Source: a bacterium
Lineage (GTDB): Bacteria; Arandabacterota; Arandabacteria; Arandabacterales; JALGWA01
Reading direction: 5' to 3'
Length of the DNA: 26,245 nucleotides
NCBI GenBank assembly: GCA_050125095.1
Contig: JASFEA010000026.1
Coordinates: 1 to 26,245 of the forward strand
Made by a program: the position numbers and the translations under genes. Of the stretch, positions 1-9,311 are shown in pieces. The notes beneath the pieces are model-generated. The model saw only the letters and a list, made by a program, of their open reading frames with translations, did not search any database and was not told where the DNA came from. The stretch's first letter is position 1. The number at the start of each line of letters is the position of its first letter.

Positions 1-2
1 CA

Positions 3-404
3 GCGGCAAACGAGTACCTGAGGAAGGACGGGGCGGAACTGGTCAACAGGTACGCCGACCTGTCGAGGCGCAAGGGGGAGGTGGACGATGAGATGGCCAG
101 GGTCAGGGAGGCCCTGGTGGAGCATGCCAGAGCCAACAGGGTGCAGACAATCAGGGGCGACAAACACAAGGTTTTCGTTAAAGTATACAGGGGATACTCC
201 TTCCCCGGCAAGGACGAGCCGGAGCGCAAGGAGCTCGAGAAGATTGTGAAGGAGGCGGGCCTGTGGGAACGGGTTGCCGTTCTGAGCCCTGTCAGCCTTG
301 CCAAGCTTGTCGAAGGTGGTAAAATAGATATTAAGGTCGCCGAGGCCATCAAGGCGCTGGGCGAGGAGACCGAGAGGCCCTGGCTTAAACTCTCGAATCT
401 CTGA
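3..404 (+). CDS. 3' end of a gene truncated by the window edge; resembles the C-terminal region of PD-(D/E)XK (RecB-like) nuclease family proteins
   Basis: The frame of ORF 81..404 is open from position 3 (AANEYLRKDGAELVNRYADLSRRKGEVDDEM...FPGKDEPERKELE) to TGA 402-404. The family call comes from recalled similarity only; no catalytic motif lies in the window. Confidence 0.4.
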   Translation, partial: AANEYLRKDGAELVNRYADLSRRKGEVDDEMARVREALVEHARANRVQTIRGDKHKVFVKVYRGYSFPGKDEPERKELEKIVKEAGLWERVAVLSPVSLAKLVEGGKIDIKVAEAIKALGEETERPWLKLSNL

Positions 405-465
405 AGGACATAAAGGCCCGGACGGCTCGGGTCGAATAATAGTATGTGAGCCGTTTCAGGCGATT

Positions 466-1425
466 GTGAGTAGCGCAATGACCCTTGAGTCTAAAAGGCA
501 TTATTGTGTGCCGCTGCTGATAGCGGCGATCTGCGCTCTCTCCTGTTCAACCGGTGACGTGCGGATGGGTATGGCGGGCGGCGACGGAACAGGGCTCGCT
601 TACAGGGTGGTCGGGCAGGGGGAGTTCCTCGTAGTAATCCACGACGGTCCCGGCGGCGAGAAGTCCATCCTCTACGACGGCTTCGACTACCTGGCCAGGA
701 CCATGAAAGTCGTCTATTACGACCAGCGGGGCTGCGGCAGGTCCGAACCCCTCGCAGCCAGCCAGTCGTGCACGATAGAGGACAACGTCGAGGACCTGGA
801 GGCCCTTCGCGCATATCTTCATATTGACCGGTTCTCGATAGCCGCGCACGGGTGGGGCGCCGTGATCGCAATCGAGTACGCGAGGCGGCATCCCGAGCGC
901 GTGGAAGCCATCGTGCTCGTAACCCCTGTTTCGCCGCATGAGCCCGGGCTGCATCTGGACGGCCTCATGAACAGGCTTCCGGAAGAGGGCCAGCGACACG
1001 TGCAGGCGGTGCTTGACAACCCGTCCACTACCATGTTCGAGAAGCGAGAGGAATTCGTGCGGGCCGTAATGCCGCTTCTCTTTTACGACCAGGGGGCGCG
1101 CGACAGAGTGGACCTCGAGAAGATGCGGTATTCGCCGGACGTTGACTCGCGGCTCTCGGCCGAGCTCAAGTCCTTTAACCTTTACCCGCGCCTCAACGGC
1201 ATCGGCATCCCGACGCTGGTTGTCGCGGGCAGGCATGACGTGCTCACGCCGCTCACCGAGCAGATGGCTTACGTGGACGGCATACTCACCTCCCGCGCCG
1301 TGGTGTTTAACGACAGCGCGCACTTCCCATTCCTCGAAGAGAGGAAGGCTTTCATGAGACAGGTGGGCACCTTCTTTTCCCACGGCGCCATACCCTCGCT
1401 GGCAAGCGCCGGCGAAGACCCATAG
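466..1425 (+). CDS. Alpha/beta-fold hydrolase (proline iminopeptidase-like), possible lipoprotein; nucleophile Ser apparently replaced by Gly
   Basis: Motifs IHDGPGG, YYDQRGCGRS, AAHGWGA at the nucleophile elbow, GRHD and SAHFP. Hydrophobic N-terminus ending ALSC. The start may be ATG 478. Confidence 0.85.
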   Translation: MSSAMTLESKRHYCVPLLIAAICALSCSTGDVRMGMAGGDGTGLAYRVVGQGEFLVVIHDGPGGEKSILYDGFDYLARTMKVVYYDQRGCGRSEPLAASQSCTIEDNVEDLEALRAYLHIDRFSIAAHGWGAVIAIEYARRHPERVEAIVLVTPVSPHEPGLHLDGLMNRLPEEGQRHVQAVLDNPSTTMFEKREEFVRAVMPLLFYDQGARDRVDLEKMRYSPDVDSRLSAELKSFNLYPRLNGIGIPTLVVAGRHDVLTPLTEQMAYVDGILTSRAVVFNDSAHFPFLEERKAFMRQVGTFFSHGAIPSLASAGEDP

Positions 1426-1550
1426 GCGGCCGCTCTCCGGGGGCTTGTGCCGGGTTGCCTATCCCGGTGGCTTCTGTTATCTTCACGGTTGTCGGCAAAG
1501 CCAGCACGACGATTTCCATACTGAGTTTCATGTCTGAAAGGAGAATCGCG

Positions 1551-2765
1551 ATGGAGAAAACCGGACTGTCGTCACGTGAACTCATGAATCTGGCCGAGAA
1601 TTTCAGCGCGCACAACTACCACCCGCTTCCCGTCGTGATTTCGAGGGCGGAGGGGGTATGGGTATGGGACGCAGAGGGCAAGAAGTACATGGACATGCTG
1701 AGCTCGTATTCGGCGCTCAACCAGGGCCATCTTAACAAGAGGATAGTCGCCGCGGCCAGGGCGCAGCTCGATACGCTGACCCTAACGTCGAGAGCATTCC
1801 ACAACGACCGGTTCGGTCCATTCTGCGAGTACCTTTGCAAGGTCACCGGCCAGGAGTCGACGCTGCTTATGAACACCGGCGCCGAGGCCGTGGAGACGGC
1901 CCTCAAGGCCGCCCGCAAGTGGGGCTACAAGGTCAAGGGCGTCGAGAAGGACAGTGCCGAGATCATCACATGCGAGAACAACTTCCACGGCAGAACCACG
2001 ACCATCGTCGGTTTCTCATCCGAAGAGCAGTACCGCGACGGATTCGGGCCGTTTGCGCCCGGCTTCAAGATAATACCCTACAGTGACGTCGATGCCCTGA
2101 AGAAGGCCATCACCCCCAACACGGTCGCATTCCTCGTTGAGCCCATACAGGGCGAGGCCGGCATCATCATGCCCGATGAGGGTTACCTCAGGGAGGCCGC
2201 AGCCTTGTGCCGCCAGAACAATGTCCTCCTGATGCTGGACGAGATCCAGACCGGCCTCGGACGAACGGGCAAGCTCTTCTGCTCTGAGTATGAAGGCGTG
2301 ACGCCCGACGTCCTGATAGTCGGCAAGGCCCTGGGCGGCGGTGTGTATCCGGTGTCGGCCATACTGGCGAGGAAGGAGATCATGGACGTCTTCACGCCGG
2401 GTGACCACGGCAGCACCTTCGGGGGCAACCCGCTCGGCTGCGCAATCGGGATGGAGGCGCTCCGGGTCATCGTCGAAGAGGACCTCCCGGCCAGGGCGGC
2501 CGAGTCCGGCCAGTACCTCATGGAAAGGCTCCGCGCCATTGACTCGACGCATGTGAAGGAGATAAGGGGCAGGGGACTCCTCATAGGCGTTGAGGTCAAG
2601 GAGAGCTCCGGCACGGCGCGGCCGTTCTGCGAAAGACTCAAGGACCTCGGCATACTGGCCAAGGAGACCCATCACCAGGTCATCCGTTTTGCGCCGCCTC
2701 TGGTAATCACCAGGAAAGAAATCGACTGGGCGCTCGAGCGGATAGAGCAGGTTCTCGCGGGCTGA
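1551..2765 (+). CDS. rocD: Ornithine--oxo-acid aminotransferase (class III PLP)
   Basis: Motifs AHNYHPLPVV, DMLSSYSALNQGH, MNTGAEAVETA, FHGRT, EPIQGEAG, DEIQTGLGRTG, GKALGGG and HGSTFGGNPL. RBS AAAGGAG precedes ATG 1551, preferred over the track start at 1455. Confidence 0.93.
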   Translation: MEKTGLSSRELMNLAENFSAHNYHPLPVVISRAEGVWVWDAEGKKYMDMLSSYSALNQGHLNKRIVAAARAQLDTLTLTSRAFHNDRFGPFCEYLCKVTGQESTLLMNTGAEAVETALKAARKWGYKVKGVEKDSAEIITCENNFHGRTTTIVGFSSEEQYRDGFGPFAPGFKIIPYSDVDALKKAITPNTVAFLVEPIQGEAGIIMPDEGYLREAAALCRQNNVLLMLDEIQTGLGRTGKLFCSEYEGVTPDVLIVGKALGGGVYPVSAILARKEIMDVFTPGDHGSTFGGNPLGCAIGMEALRVIVEEDLPARAAESGQYLMERLRAIDSTHVKEIRGRGLLIGVEVKESSGTARPFCERLKDLGILAKETHHQVIRFAPPLVITRKEIDWALERIEQVLAG

Positions 2766-2836
2766 CACAGACGATTCGAATAGATCAGGCCACCGAATCG
2801 TAATAGGGTTGAATTCCGCCTTCAAGGAGGTTTGCG

Positions 2837-5530
2837 ATGAGGTTTGCGATGAGGTTTGCTTCGACGTTTGTGAAGAGGTTTGCGGATCGTCATTCCCGGA
2901 GTTTCTCACCCTTGAGTTTCCCGGCGCGCCCGGCGGCGTTGCGTCCGGTGACGGTGCATCAGGTGACGGTGCATCAGGTGACGTTGCGTCCGGTGGCGTT
3001 GCGTCCGGTGACGGCGCTTCTGGTGGCTGCGCTTCTGGCGGCGGCGCACCTGATGACAGGCGCCCTTCCGGTCGGCGCCCAGGTAGAAGAGGCCGCGACC
3101 GAAAGGCCCGATTTTCCCCTCAACGTCTTTGAGGATGAGACCGACTTCACCTTCTACCTTAACGAGGAAGTGCTGGTAACAGGCCATTGCGCCTGGAAGA
3201 AAGATGGTACCTTCTCGAGTGAGTACAGGCTTTCTATGGCGGGGCAGTACGTCGATACGAGCCTCTTGATAGAGGTGGATGAAGACGGTTACTGGACAAA
3301 TATGAGCATGGAGACCCCGCGCGGGCCGGTCACGATCACGCGCGAGGGCAACAGGGCCGTGATCGACGACGGTGAGGGCACGGATGACACGGTCGAGCTC
3401 AAGCCGAACACCATGCTTTTCGAGAACTTCAGCCCGGTTCTCATGAGCCAGGTAGTCACGGCCTATGACCAGGAGGCCGGAGGGAAGCAGGTATTCCCGC
3501 TCTTTATCATCCCCGCGGTGGTAATGGAGGCATCCCTTGAGCGGCTCGAGACCGTGGAGAAGAATATCGGGGGAGAAGACCGGGCATTCACCATATACCG
3601 GTACGGCGTCCCGGGCGTGGACATCATCCTGTGGGTCGATGGGGAGAACAGGGTGTGCATGGGTGACGTCCCCGCCCAGAGCGGCGCCTATGTCAGGAAC
3701 GGCTATGAGGCCCTCAGGCTCAAGGAGGAAGATGACCCTTTGCTTTCGAAGGCGGAATACGAAGTCAGGATTGACAGCAATGTCGACGTTCCCATGAGGG
3801 ACGGAATCAGCCTCAAGGCCGACATTTACAGGCCGGACGCGGAAGGCAAGTTTCCGGTGATACTCGTGAGGACTCCTTATAAGAAGGAGATGAACGAGCT
3901 CCAGGCCAAGTTCTTCGCGCGGCGCGGTTATGTGTACGCGGTGCAGGACTGCAGGGGCCGTTTCTCTTCGCCGGGGACCTGGAACCCCTTCTTCAACGAC
4001 CCGGAGGACGGGTACGACACTATCGAGTGGCTGGCCGTGCAGCCGTGGTCGACCGCTAAGGTGGGCATGATCGGGGCTTCCTACCTGGGCTGGGTACAGT
4101 GGTGGGCGGCACGCGAGCGCCCTCCGCATCTCGCGGTAATGATCCCCAATGTCTCGCCGCCGGACCCCTATTTCAACATCCCCTATGAATACGGGGCGTT
4201 CTTCCTGCTGGGAGCCATATGGTGGGCGGATGTCGTGGAGAAGGAGGCCACGGGAGACATCTCAGGCAGGGCCATGGGCGAGATCATGGATAAGGACTAC
4301 ATGAAGCTCCTTACTCACCTGCCCGTCATAGAGCTGGACGAGATGGTGCTCGGAGAGAAGAACAAGTACTGGCGCGAGTGGATTGAGCATCCGGACAACG
4401 ACGAGTACTGGGCCAAGATAAGCTTCTTGGATCACCTGGAGGACCTGGACATACCCGTGTATCACCAGTCGGGATGGTGGGACGGCGACGGCATAGGGTC
4501 CAGGCTCAATTACGGACGCATGGCGTCCTACGGGCACAAGAACCAGAAGCTAGTGCTGGGGCCCTGGGGTCACACGGACACGGCGACGAGGCGCGGACCG
4601 TACAACACAGACTACGGGCCGAACGCGATCGTCAACCTGAGCAGGAGCTATCTCAGGTGGCTGGACAGGTGGCTCAAAGGGGTGGAGAACGGCATAGAGG
4701 ACGAGCCGCTGGTGTCGGTATTCGTAATGCATACCGACAAGTGGCTGCGCGGCGATACCTACCCGCTCGAGGGGACGGAGTTTACGGAGTTTTACTTCTC
4801 GAGCGGCGGCAATGCCAATACCTCAGGCGGCGACGGGCTTCTCTCGCCGGCGCCTCCGGGTGACGGGTCGGCCGAGTTCGACGCCTACGTATATGACCCG
4901 GGGGACCCGACACCGGACATAAACCTATTCGATGAGGACGACGGGGCCGGAGAGGATGGGGCAGGTGAGGCTGAGGACGGTTCGCCGGAAGCCGAGTCCG
5001 TCGAGGAGGCCATCGCCGAACGCCTCGCCTATCACGCCAGGGTATCGGCTGAAAGGGAGGACATGCTCGTTTACGAGACCGAGCCGCTTGCGGAGGACCT
5101 CACCTTCGCGGGGCCGGTTTCGGGAGTGCTCTATGCGAGCACCTCGGCGAAGGACACCGACTGGTTCATGCGCCTCTCCGTGGTCGACGCCGACGGCTGG
5201 GTGAGATCGCTTTCCCGCGGAATCATCCGGGCGAGATACAGAAGATCCTTCTCGGAGCCTGAGCTCCTGGAGCCGGGCAGGGTCTACGAGTACCAAATCG
5301 ACATGTGGCAGACGGGCGTTACCGTCCCTGCCGGATCCAGACTGAGGGTTGAAGTGAGCTCCTGCTCGTTTCCCATGTTCTCAAGGAATCTCAACACGGG
5401 CGGTCACAACGAAACCGAAACCGAGTTCGTGAGCGCCGAGCAGAAGATATACCATACGAAGGAGCTGCCCTCGCATGTTCTGCTCCCGGTGATTCCGGAC
5501 CCCGAGTTCACCGAGCAGGGCCTGCCGTAA
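2837..5530 (+). CDS. Secreted CocE/NonD family hydrolase (peptidase S15-like) with an additional N-terminal domain
   Basis: Motifs VPMRDGISLKADIYRP, RTPY, QDCRGRFSS, GMIGASYLG (nucleophile), GWWD, LGPWGH and a PepX_C-like C-terminus. RBS AAGGAGG before ATG 2837. Confidence 0.9.
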   Translation: MRFAMRFASTFVKRFADRHSRSFSPLSFPARPAALRPVTVHQVTVHQVTLRPVALRPVTALLVAALLAAAHLMTGALPVGAQVEEAATERPDFPLNVFEDETDFTFYLNEEVLVTGHCAWKKDGTFSSEYRLSMAGQYVDTSLLIEVDEDGYWTNMSMETPRGPVTITREGNRAVIDDGEGTDDTVELKPNTMLFENFSPVLMSQVVTAYDQEAGGKQVFPLFIIPAVVMEASLERLETVEKNIGGEDRAFTIYRYGVPGVDIILWVDGENRVCMGDVPAQSGAYVRNGYEALRLKEEDDPLLSKAEYEVRIDSNVDVPMRDGISLKADIYRPDAEGKFPVILVRTPYKKEMNELQAKFFARRGYVYAVQDCRGRFSSPGTWNPFFNDPEDGYDTIEWLAVQPWSTAKVGMIGASYLGWVQWWAARERPPHLAVMIPNVSPPDPYFNIPYEYGAFFLLGAIWWADVVEKEATGDISGRAMGEIMDKDYMKLLTHLPVIELDEMVLGEKNKYWREWIEHPDNDEYWAKISFLDHLEDLDIPVYHQSGWWDGDGIGSRLNYGRMASYGHKNQKLVLGPWGHTDTATRRGPYNTDYGPNAIVNLSRSYLRWLDRWLKGVENGIEDEPLVSVFVMHTDKWLRGDTYPLEGTEFTEFYFSSGGNANTSGGDGLLSPAPPGDGSAEFDAYVYDPGDPTPDINLFDEDDGAGEDGAGEAEDGSPEAESVEEAIAERLAYHARVSAEREDMLVYETEPLAEDLTFAGPVSGVLYASTSAKDTDWFMRLSVVDADGWVRSLSRGIIRARYRRSFSEPELLEPGRVYEYQIDMWQTGVTVPAGSRLRVEVSSCSFPMFSRNLNTGGHNETETEFVSAEQKIYHTKELPSHVLLPVIPDPEFTEQGLP
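2936..3055 (+). repeat. Degenerate 15-bp in-frame tandem repeat (~8 units) in the CocE leader; 12-bp GAGGTTTGCGAT duplication at the start codon
   Basis: Units gcgttgcgtccggtg / acggtgcatcaggtg x2 / acgttgcgtccggtg / gcgttgcgtccggtg / acggcgcttctggtg..., encoding ALRPV TVHQV TVHQV TLRPV ALRPV TALLV. Confidence 0.85.
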
Positions 5531-5536
5531 AAATCC

Positions 5537-5710
5537 TGGGGTCAGGTCTGAAAATGCACATTGGCCAGCCTGCGGCCGGTTGCTCGGCGTTCCACCGGTG
5601 GCTTCTTTGCAACACGAAGCCCCGCCCGAACGCCTTTGCGCCCGCGCTGAGTGTGTTGTGCATTCTCAGACCTGGCCCCAGGAGAATGTGCATTTTCAGA
5701 CCTGACCCCA
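5537..5710. repeat. REPIN/MITE-like element: perfect 26-bp inverted repeat with an extra internal copy
   Basis: TGGGGTCAGGTCTGAAAATGCACATT (5537-5562) is the exact reverse complement of 5685-5710. A degenerate third copy lies at 5656-5679. Confidence 0.85.
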
Positions 5711-5739
5711 TTAAGAAAGGGCACCCCGGAGGGGTGCCC
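5711..5739 (-). terminator. Probable intrinsic terminator of the minus-strand TWG-tail gene
   Basis: GGGCACCCC-gga-GGGGTGCCC 9-bp stem (5719-5739), followed on the minus strand by TTTCTT. Confidence 0.65.
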
Positions 5740-5787
5740 CTGGTTGCAGAGGCGCGATGGCTCGCGCCCCCAACAGGCGCCGTCACA

Positions 5788-6867
5788 TCACCTGTATAGC
5801 GATTTGATCGCGCCCCATGTGGACGGCTGTGTTGCCGTGGGGCCGATCTCAACGGTCATGGAGTTGTTCATTTCGTTTAGCTCGGGCACGATGCCTTCCG
5901 GGTCAATCGTGACTGTGACATTGTTCTGCATCACGTACTCGAGCTTGTCCGGAATGGACTCGTCCGAATCGTAGGCGCACACGCAGTCGAAACCGGAGCG
6001 TGTGCATGTGCCTTCGACCACCTCGCCGGTCATGTAGACCGGGTCCCATCTCAGGATGGAGAGGCAGGTCCCGAGGTTGCACTCGTCATAAGCCTGCTGC
6101 CGGCATGTTCCCTGGTAGAGGTCGCGTGCGATATAGGCCGCGGTCCTGAATGGCGCCGCGTCAACGAGATACTCTATTGCGGTCTCAACATCATCCTGGT
6201 CTACATCGCATGTGTACAGCGTTACCGTCGCCCCTATCTGAAGGCTGTCACCGACGATGTCCACCCAGACGCTGCTCACTTCGAGATCGATACCCGTCGG
6301 CGGGGAGCCCGGCGTGAATATCACGGCGTGATCGGGCGCCGTGATGGTCATGTCGTCTATATACACGCTGTCGCCGGGGTTCGAATAGGTGCGGCATTCG
6401 ATGACCAGCCCGGTGTGGCCGTCGGCGACCGTATAAGTCCAGGCCGTTTCATCCCAGCCGGTGCCCGGACCGTAGTCTTCGTTGCCGCTGGCGCTGCCGT
6501 CATAGCCGTCGATGTCGCAGAATGTGTCGTTCCAGTGGCCCCAGATACGGCAGGACGGGGAGCCGCTCGGAGTGGTGTCGTAGCGCCAGAAGCTGGCCGT
6601 TACCTCGTCGCCGTCCTGGAGGCCTATGATGAATGCCAGGTAGGCCTGAGGGGTCCCGGACGGGCAATTGTCCTCGAGGAGGAGCGAGCTGGCGCCCCCG
6701 TGCACGGGGTCGGGCGCCCCGACATTAGCGACTATTATGGGCGGGTCGCCGGCGCCATAGAGGCTGAGTACGGTCTGGCCGTCTTCCCAGCCGTAAGTCA
6801 CCGTCTGGGCGCTTGCGGCCGAAGAGAGTAAGACCAGCGCGAGCATCATCATAACCAGTTTACCCAT
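5788..6867 (-). CDS. Secreted hypothetical protein: N-terminal beta-sandwich-like region, Cys-rich segment, CARDB-like motif and C-terminal TWGxIKxLY tail
   Basis: Signal peptide MGKLVMMMLALVLLSSAASA after RBS AAAGGAG, giving a start at 6867 rather than 6927. Contains VTIDPEGIVPELNEMNN and ends PTATQPSTWGAIKSLYR. Confidence 0.8.
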   Translation of the reverse strand: MGKLVMMMLALVLLSSAASAQTVTYGWEDGQTVLSLYGAGDPPIIVANVGAPDPVHGGASSLLLEDNCPSGTPQAYLAFIIGLQDGDEVTASFWRYDTTPSGSPSCRIWGHWNDTFCDIDGYDGSASGNEDYGPGTGWDETAWTYTVADGHTGLVIECRTYSNPGDSVYIDDMTITAPDHAVIFTPGSPPTGIDLEVSSVWVDIVGDSLQIGATVTLYTCDVDQDDVETAIEYLVDAAPFRTAAYIARDLYQGTCRQQAYDECNLGTCLSILRWDPVYMTGEVVEGTCTRSGFDCVCAYDSDESIPDKLEYVMQNNVTVTIDPEGIVPELNEMNNSMTVEIGPTATQPSTWGAIKSLYR

Positions 6868-7076
6868 GATCTGCTCCTTTCCCGGGGGCCCGAGCGGGCC
6901 TCCCGCAATGCGGACATGTAACTGCACCTCAGACTAAAGGAGTCGGGCATCACCTCGCTTGGGGATAGGGGTCCGGTTCAGCGTCCCGGCCAAATACCCG
7001 GGCAGTCAATCTCCCTGAGCAAAGGCGTTTTCAACAGACTGCGGAACTCGTTGATGTTATCAGCCAGCTCGTGTGA

Positions 7077-7105
7077 ATGCTAGCATACTTCGCATAATTG
7101 GTCAA
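7077..7105 (-). promoter_or_regulatory. Putative sigma70 promoter for the TWG-tail gene, with a ~200-nt leader
   Basis: Minus strand reads TTGACC-17 bp-TAGCAT with an extended TG. Confidence 0.5.
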
Positions 7106-7150
7106 GAAAGCGTTTCTTTTGCGGTGTGGGCGCGTGGGGTGGAAGCATAT

Positions 7151-7177
7151 GGAAAACCGCCCCGGGGAGGGGCGGTT
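7151..7177 (-). terminator. Probable intrinsic terminator after the S8 peptidase gene
   Basis: AACCGCCCC-gggga-GGGGCGGTT stem (7155-7177) with a short T-run on the minus strand, ~28 nt after the stop codon. Confidence 0.6.
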
Positions 7178-7204
7178 CTCCTGGGTGCATGGAAACTAAG
7201 ATGG

Positions 7205-8890
7205 CTATCTGGCGAGAACCATCTTATGAGTGGACTCCTCATTATGGGTCCGGACCCTGCAAAGATAGACTCCGCCGGGCACCGGGCTACCCATGTCGTT
7301 ATTGCCGTCCCAGATTATGGTATTGGCTCCCGCGGGCATAGGGCCCTCGGCGAGCGCGCATATCTTCTGTCCCAGGATGTTATGAATCACGACGCTCACC
7401 GGCTGCGGGACTTCCAGATATATCATAAATTGCGTAGAAGTTCGGAAAGGATTGGGGCTGTTCTCGCTGACACGGAGGGCCCGGTCCGCGCCGCCTTCTC
7501 CGCCGCCGTCCACACCTCCGCATCCGCCGGAGGTATATGTCAACGCGGAGTAGGCGTCGATCAGCCCGTAGCCGTAAAAGTCGTCGCGTCCGGCCTCGCC
7601 CAGGTCCACGGCCGTCTCATGGAGAATGGTCCGAGTGTTCTCGATGCCCGTCTGGCCATTGGCGATCATCAGCGCCACGAGGGCGGCAACATGCGGGGCC
7701 GCCATCGAGGTCCCGTCATAGAAGTAGTAGTCGAAGTCGGTCGGGTCAGCCAGCACCTCCGGCGGGCCGAAGTCGTAGCCTACGAAGGTCTGTTGAAGCA
7801 CGCCGTCGACCTCACCGTCGCCGTTCTCATCGAGATATACATCGCCGCCCGGAGCCATTACCTCCAGCTCGGGTCCGTACTGAGAGTAGTCGGCTATCTG
7901 GTTGTCGTACTTCGTCGCCCCGACCGATATGACTTCCGGGTACGCGGCGGGGAAAGAGACGGTGCCTGTTCCCCAGTTGCCTGAAGACGCAACCATCACC
8001 ACCCCTTGGTTGTATGCGTACTCGACGGCGTTGTGCACGGTTGTCCCGGGGTCGTAGCCCGGAAACCAGCCCAGGCTCATGTTGATGACCTGCGCGCCGT
8101 TGTCGGCGGCCCAGTATATGCCGTCGGCGAGCTCGGATGCCGCGCCCGAACCCGAATAGTCGAGTACCTTCACCGGCATGAGCGAGCAGTCGAAAGCCAG
8201 CCCGGCGGTACCGATGCTGTTGTTTGTCGTCTGCGCGACGGTCCCCGCCACATGGGTTCCATGCGCGGAGTTGTCGTTGGGGTGTGTGTCGTCGTTTACG
8301 AAGTCGTAGCCGGGAACAAATGCAGTTCCCGAAAAATCGGGTGCGCGGTAGTACTGGGTTATTCCCTCATAAACGGTTCCCAGCTCATGGGAGGGGACCG
8401 GGTAGTCTTCATACGCTATGCCCGTGTCCAATATGGCCACCACGATGCCCGAGCCCACGGAGATCTCCCAGGCCGAAGGGGCGTTTACTGCCGGGAAGTG
8501 CCACTGGAATGAGTACTCAGGGTCATTGGGGGTCGTGAAGGCGTGGCAAATGGTATTGAGCTCGGCGTACTCGACGCGGGAGTCGGAGAGCAAGTCTTCG
8601 ATTACTTCCCGCTCCGTTTTGTCCGCGGGGACGCTGACCCTGCGAACCCCCATGCGGTGGAGTGAGATGACCTCGACGCCCGTCGCGCTCTCGATCTCGT
8701 CCATGACGAGTTCGGATACGCCTTCACAGAGCTTGACGAGCACTTCGGCTTTTATGTACTCGATTTCACCGTCTGTTATCGTCTCCCTGGCGCCCGATCG
8801 CTGCGGCGGCTCGGCCGCCGGGAGCAATGATGTCCAAACTGCGAAGCAAAGCAAGGCGAGAGCGAGACGCGTGAGGCCGTGTCCCTTCAT
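7205..8890 (-). CDS. Secreted subtilisin-like serine peptidase (S8) with propeptide and C-terminal FlgD-Ig/T9SS-like domain
   Basis: Catalytic motifs VAILDTG, HGTHVAG and GTSMAAPH. Signal peptide present. Tail NSPNPFRTST...WDGNNDMGSPVPGGVYLCR...KMVLAR. Confidence 0.93.
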   Translation of the reverse strand: MKGHGLTRLALALLCFAVWTSLLPAAEPPQRSGARETITDGEIEYIKAEVLVKLCEGVSELVMDEIESATGVEVISLHRMGVRRVSVPADKTEREVIEDLLSDSRVEYAELNTICHAFTTPNDPEYSFQWHFPAVNAPSAWEISVGSGIVVAILDTGIAYEDYPVPSHELGTVYEGITQYYRAPDFSGTAFVPGYDFVNDDTHPNDNSAHGTHVAGTVAQTTNNSIGTAGLAFDCSLMPVKVLDYSGSGAASELADGIYWAADNGAQVINMSLGWFPGYDPGTTVHNAVEYAYNQGVVMVASSGNWGTGTVSFPAAYPEVISVGATKYDNQIADYSQYGPELEVMAPGGDVYLDENGDGEVDGVLQQTFVGYDFGPPEVLADPTDFDYYFYDGTSMAAPHVAALVALMIANGQTGIENTRTILHETAVDLGEAGRDDFYGYGLIDAYSALTYTSGGCGGVDGGGEGGADRALRVSENSPNPFRTSTQFMIYLEVPQPVSVVIHNILGQKICALAEGPMPAGANTIIWDGNNDMGSPVPGGVYLCRVRTHNEESTHKMVLAR

Positions 8891-9088
8891 CCGGTAACCT
8901 CCGTTGTTTTAGGCCGGGCCGAATGACCGGAATGCGCCTTGTTGCTCAACCGTGCTAAGACCTGTGTTGTCCGGCCCGCCTCATGCCCTAGAATCGAAGC
9001 AAACCATAAGAATTGAGGTAAATCAAGCTTATTATTCGGCAGGCGGCAGGATTGCTTAAGCTTTTTGAGATACTGGATGAGAACGCCC

Positions 9089-9138
9089 GGGGTCAGGTCT
9101 TGAAATGCACAATAGGGTCAGGTCTCAGAATGCATAAT
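9089..9138 (+). repeat. Two tandem copies of the GGGGTCAGGTCT...ATGCACAAT dispersed repeat
   Basis: GGGGTCAGGTCTTGAAATGCACAAT (9089-9113) and GGGTCAGGTCTCAGAATGCATAAT (9115-9138). Confidence 0.85.
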
Positions 9139-9311
9139 TACCACGGAAATGGGGACAGGCTTGTTAAAGAACGGCAAATATCGGCAATGGAGGCCGCCGT
9201 TGGGCGCCCCTCCGCGCCCGCGGCTCCCGTTTAAGACCTAAAGCGTGGACTCGCGCCTGCGCCTTTGCTAGACTTGATTAGACTAGGCAATCCCAAGAAA
9301 GGAGCCGGCGT

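Noticed and set aside
2827-3055. CRISPR-like appearance of the short repeats
   Set aside because: The units are contiguous 12-15-mers with no unique spacers, and no cas genes are present.
5508-5974. Small ORFs across the inverted-repeat element, and similarly 9052-9234 and 23037-23327
   Set aside because: They are translations of the repeat (GSGLKMH, RGQVLKCTI) without RBS or domain support.
6868-7070. Riboswitch in the ~200-nt leader of the TWG-tail gene
   Set aside because: No known aptamer consensus was recognised by eye; an Rfam/Infernal scan would be needed.
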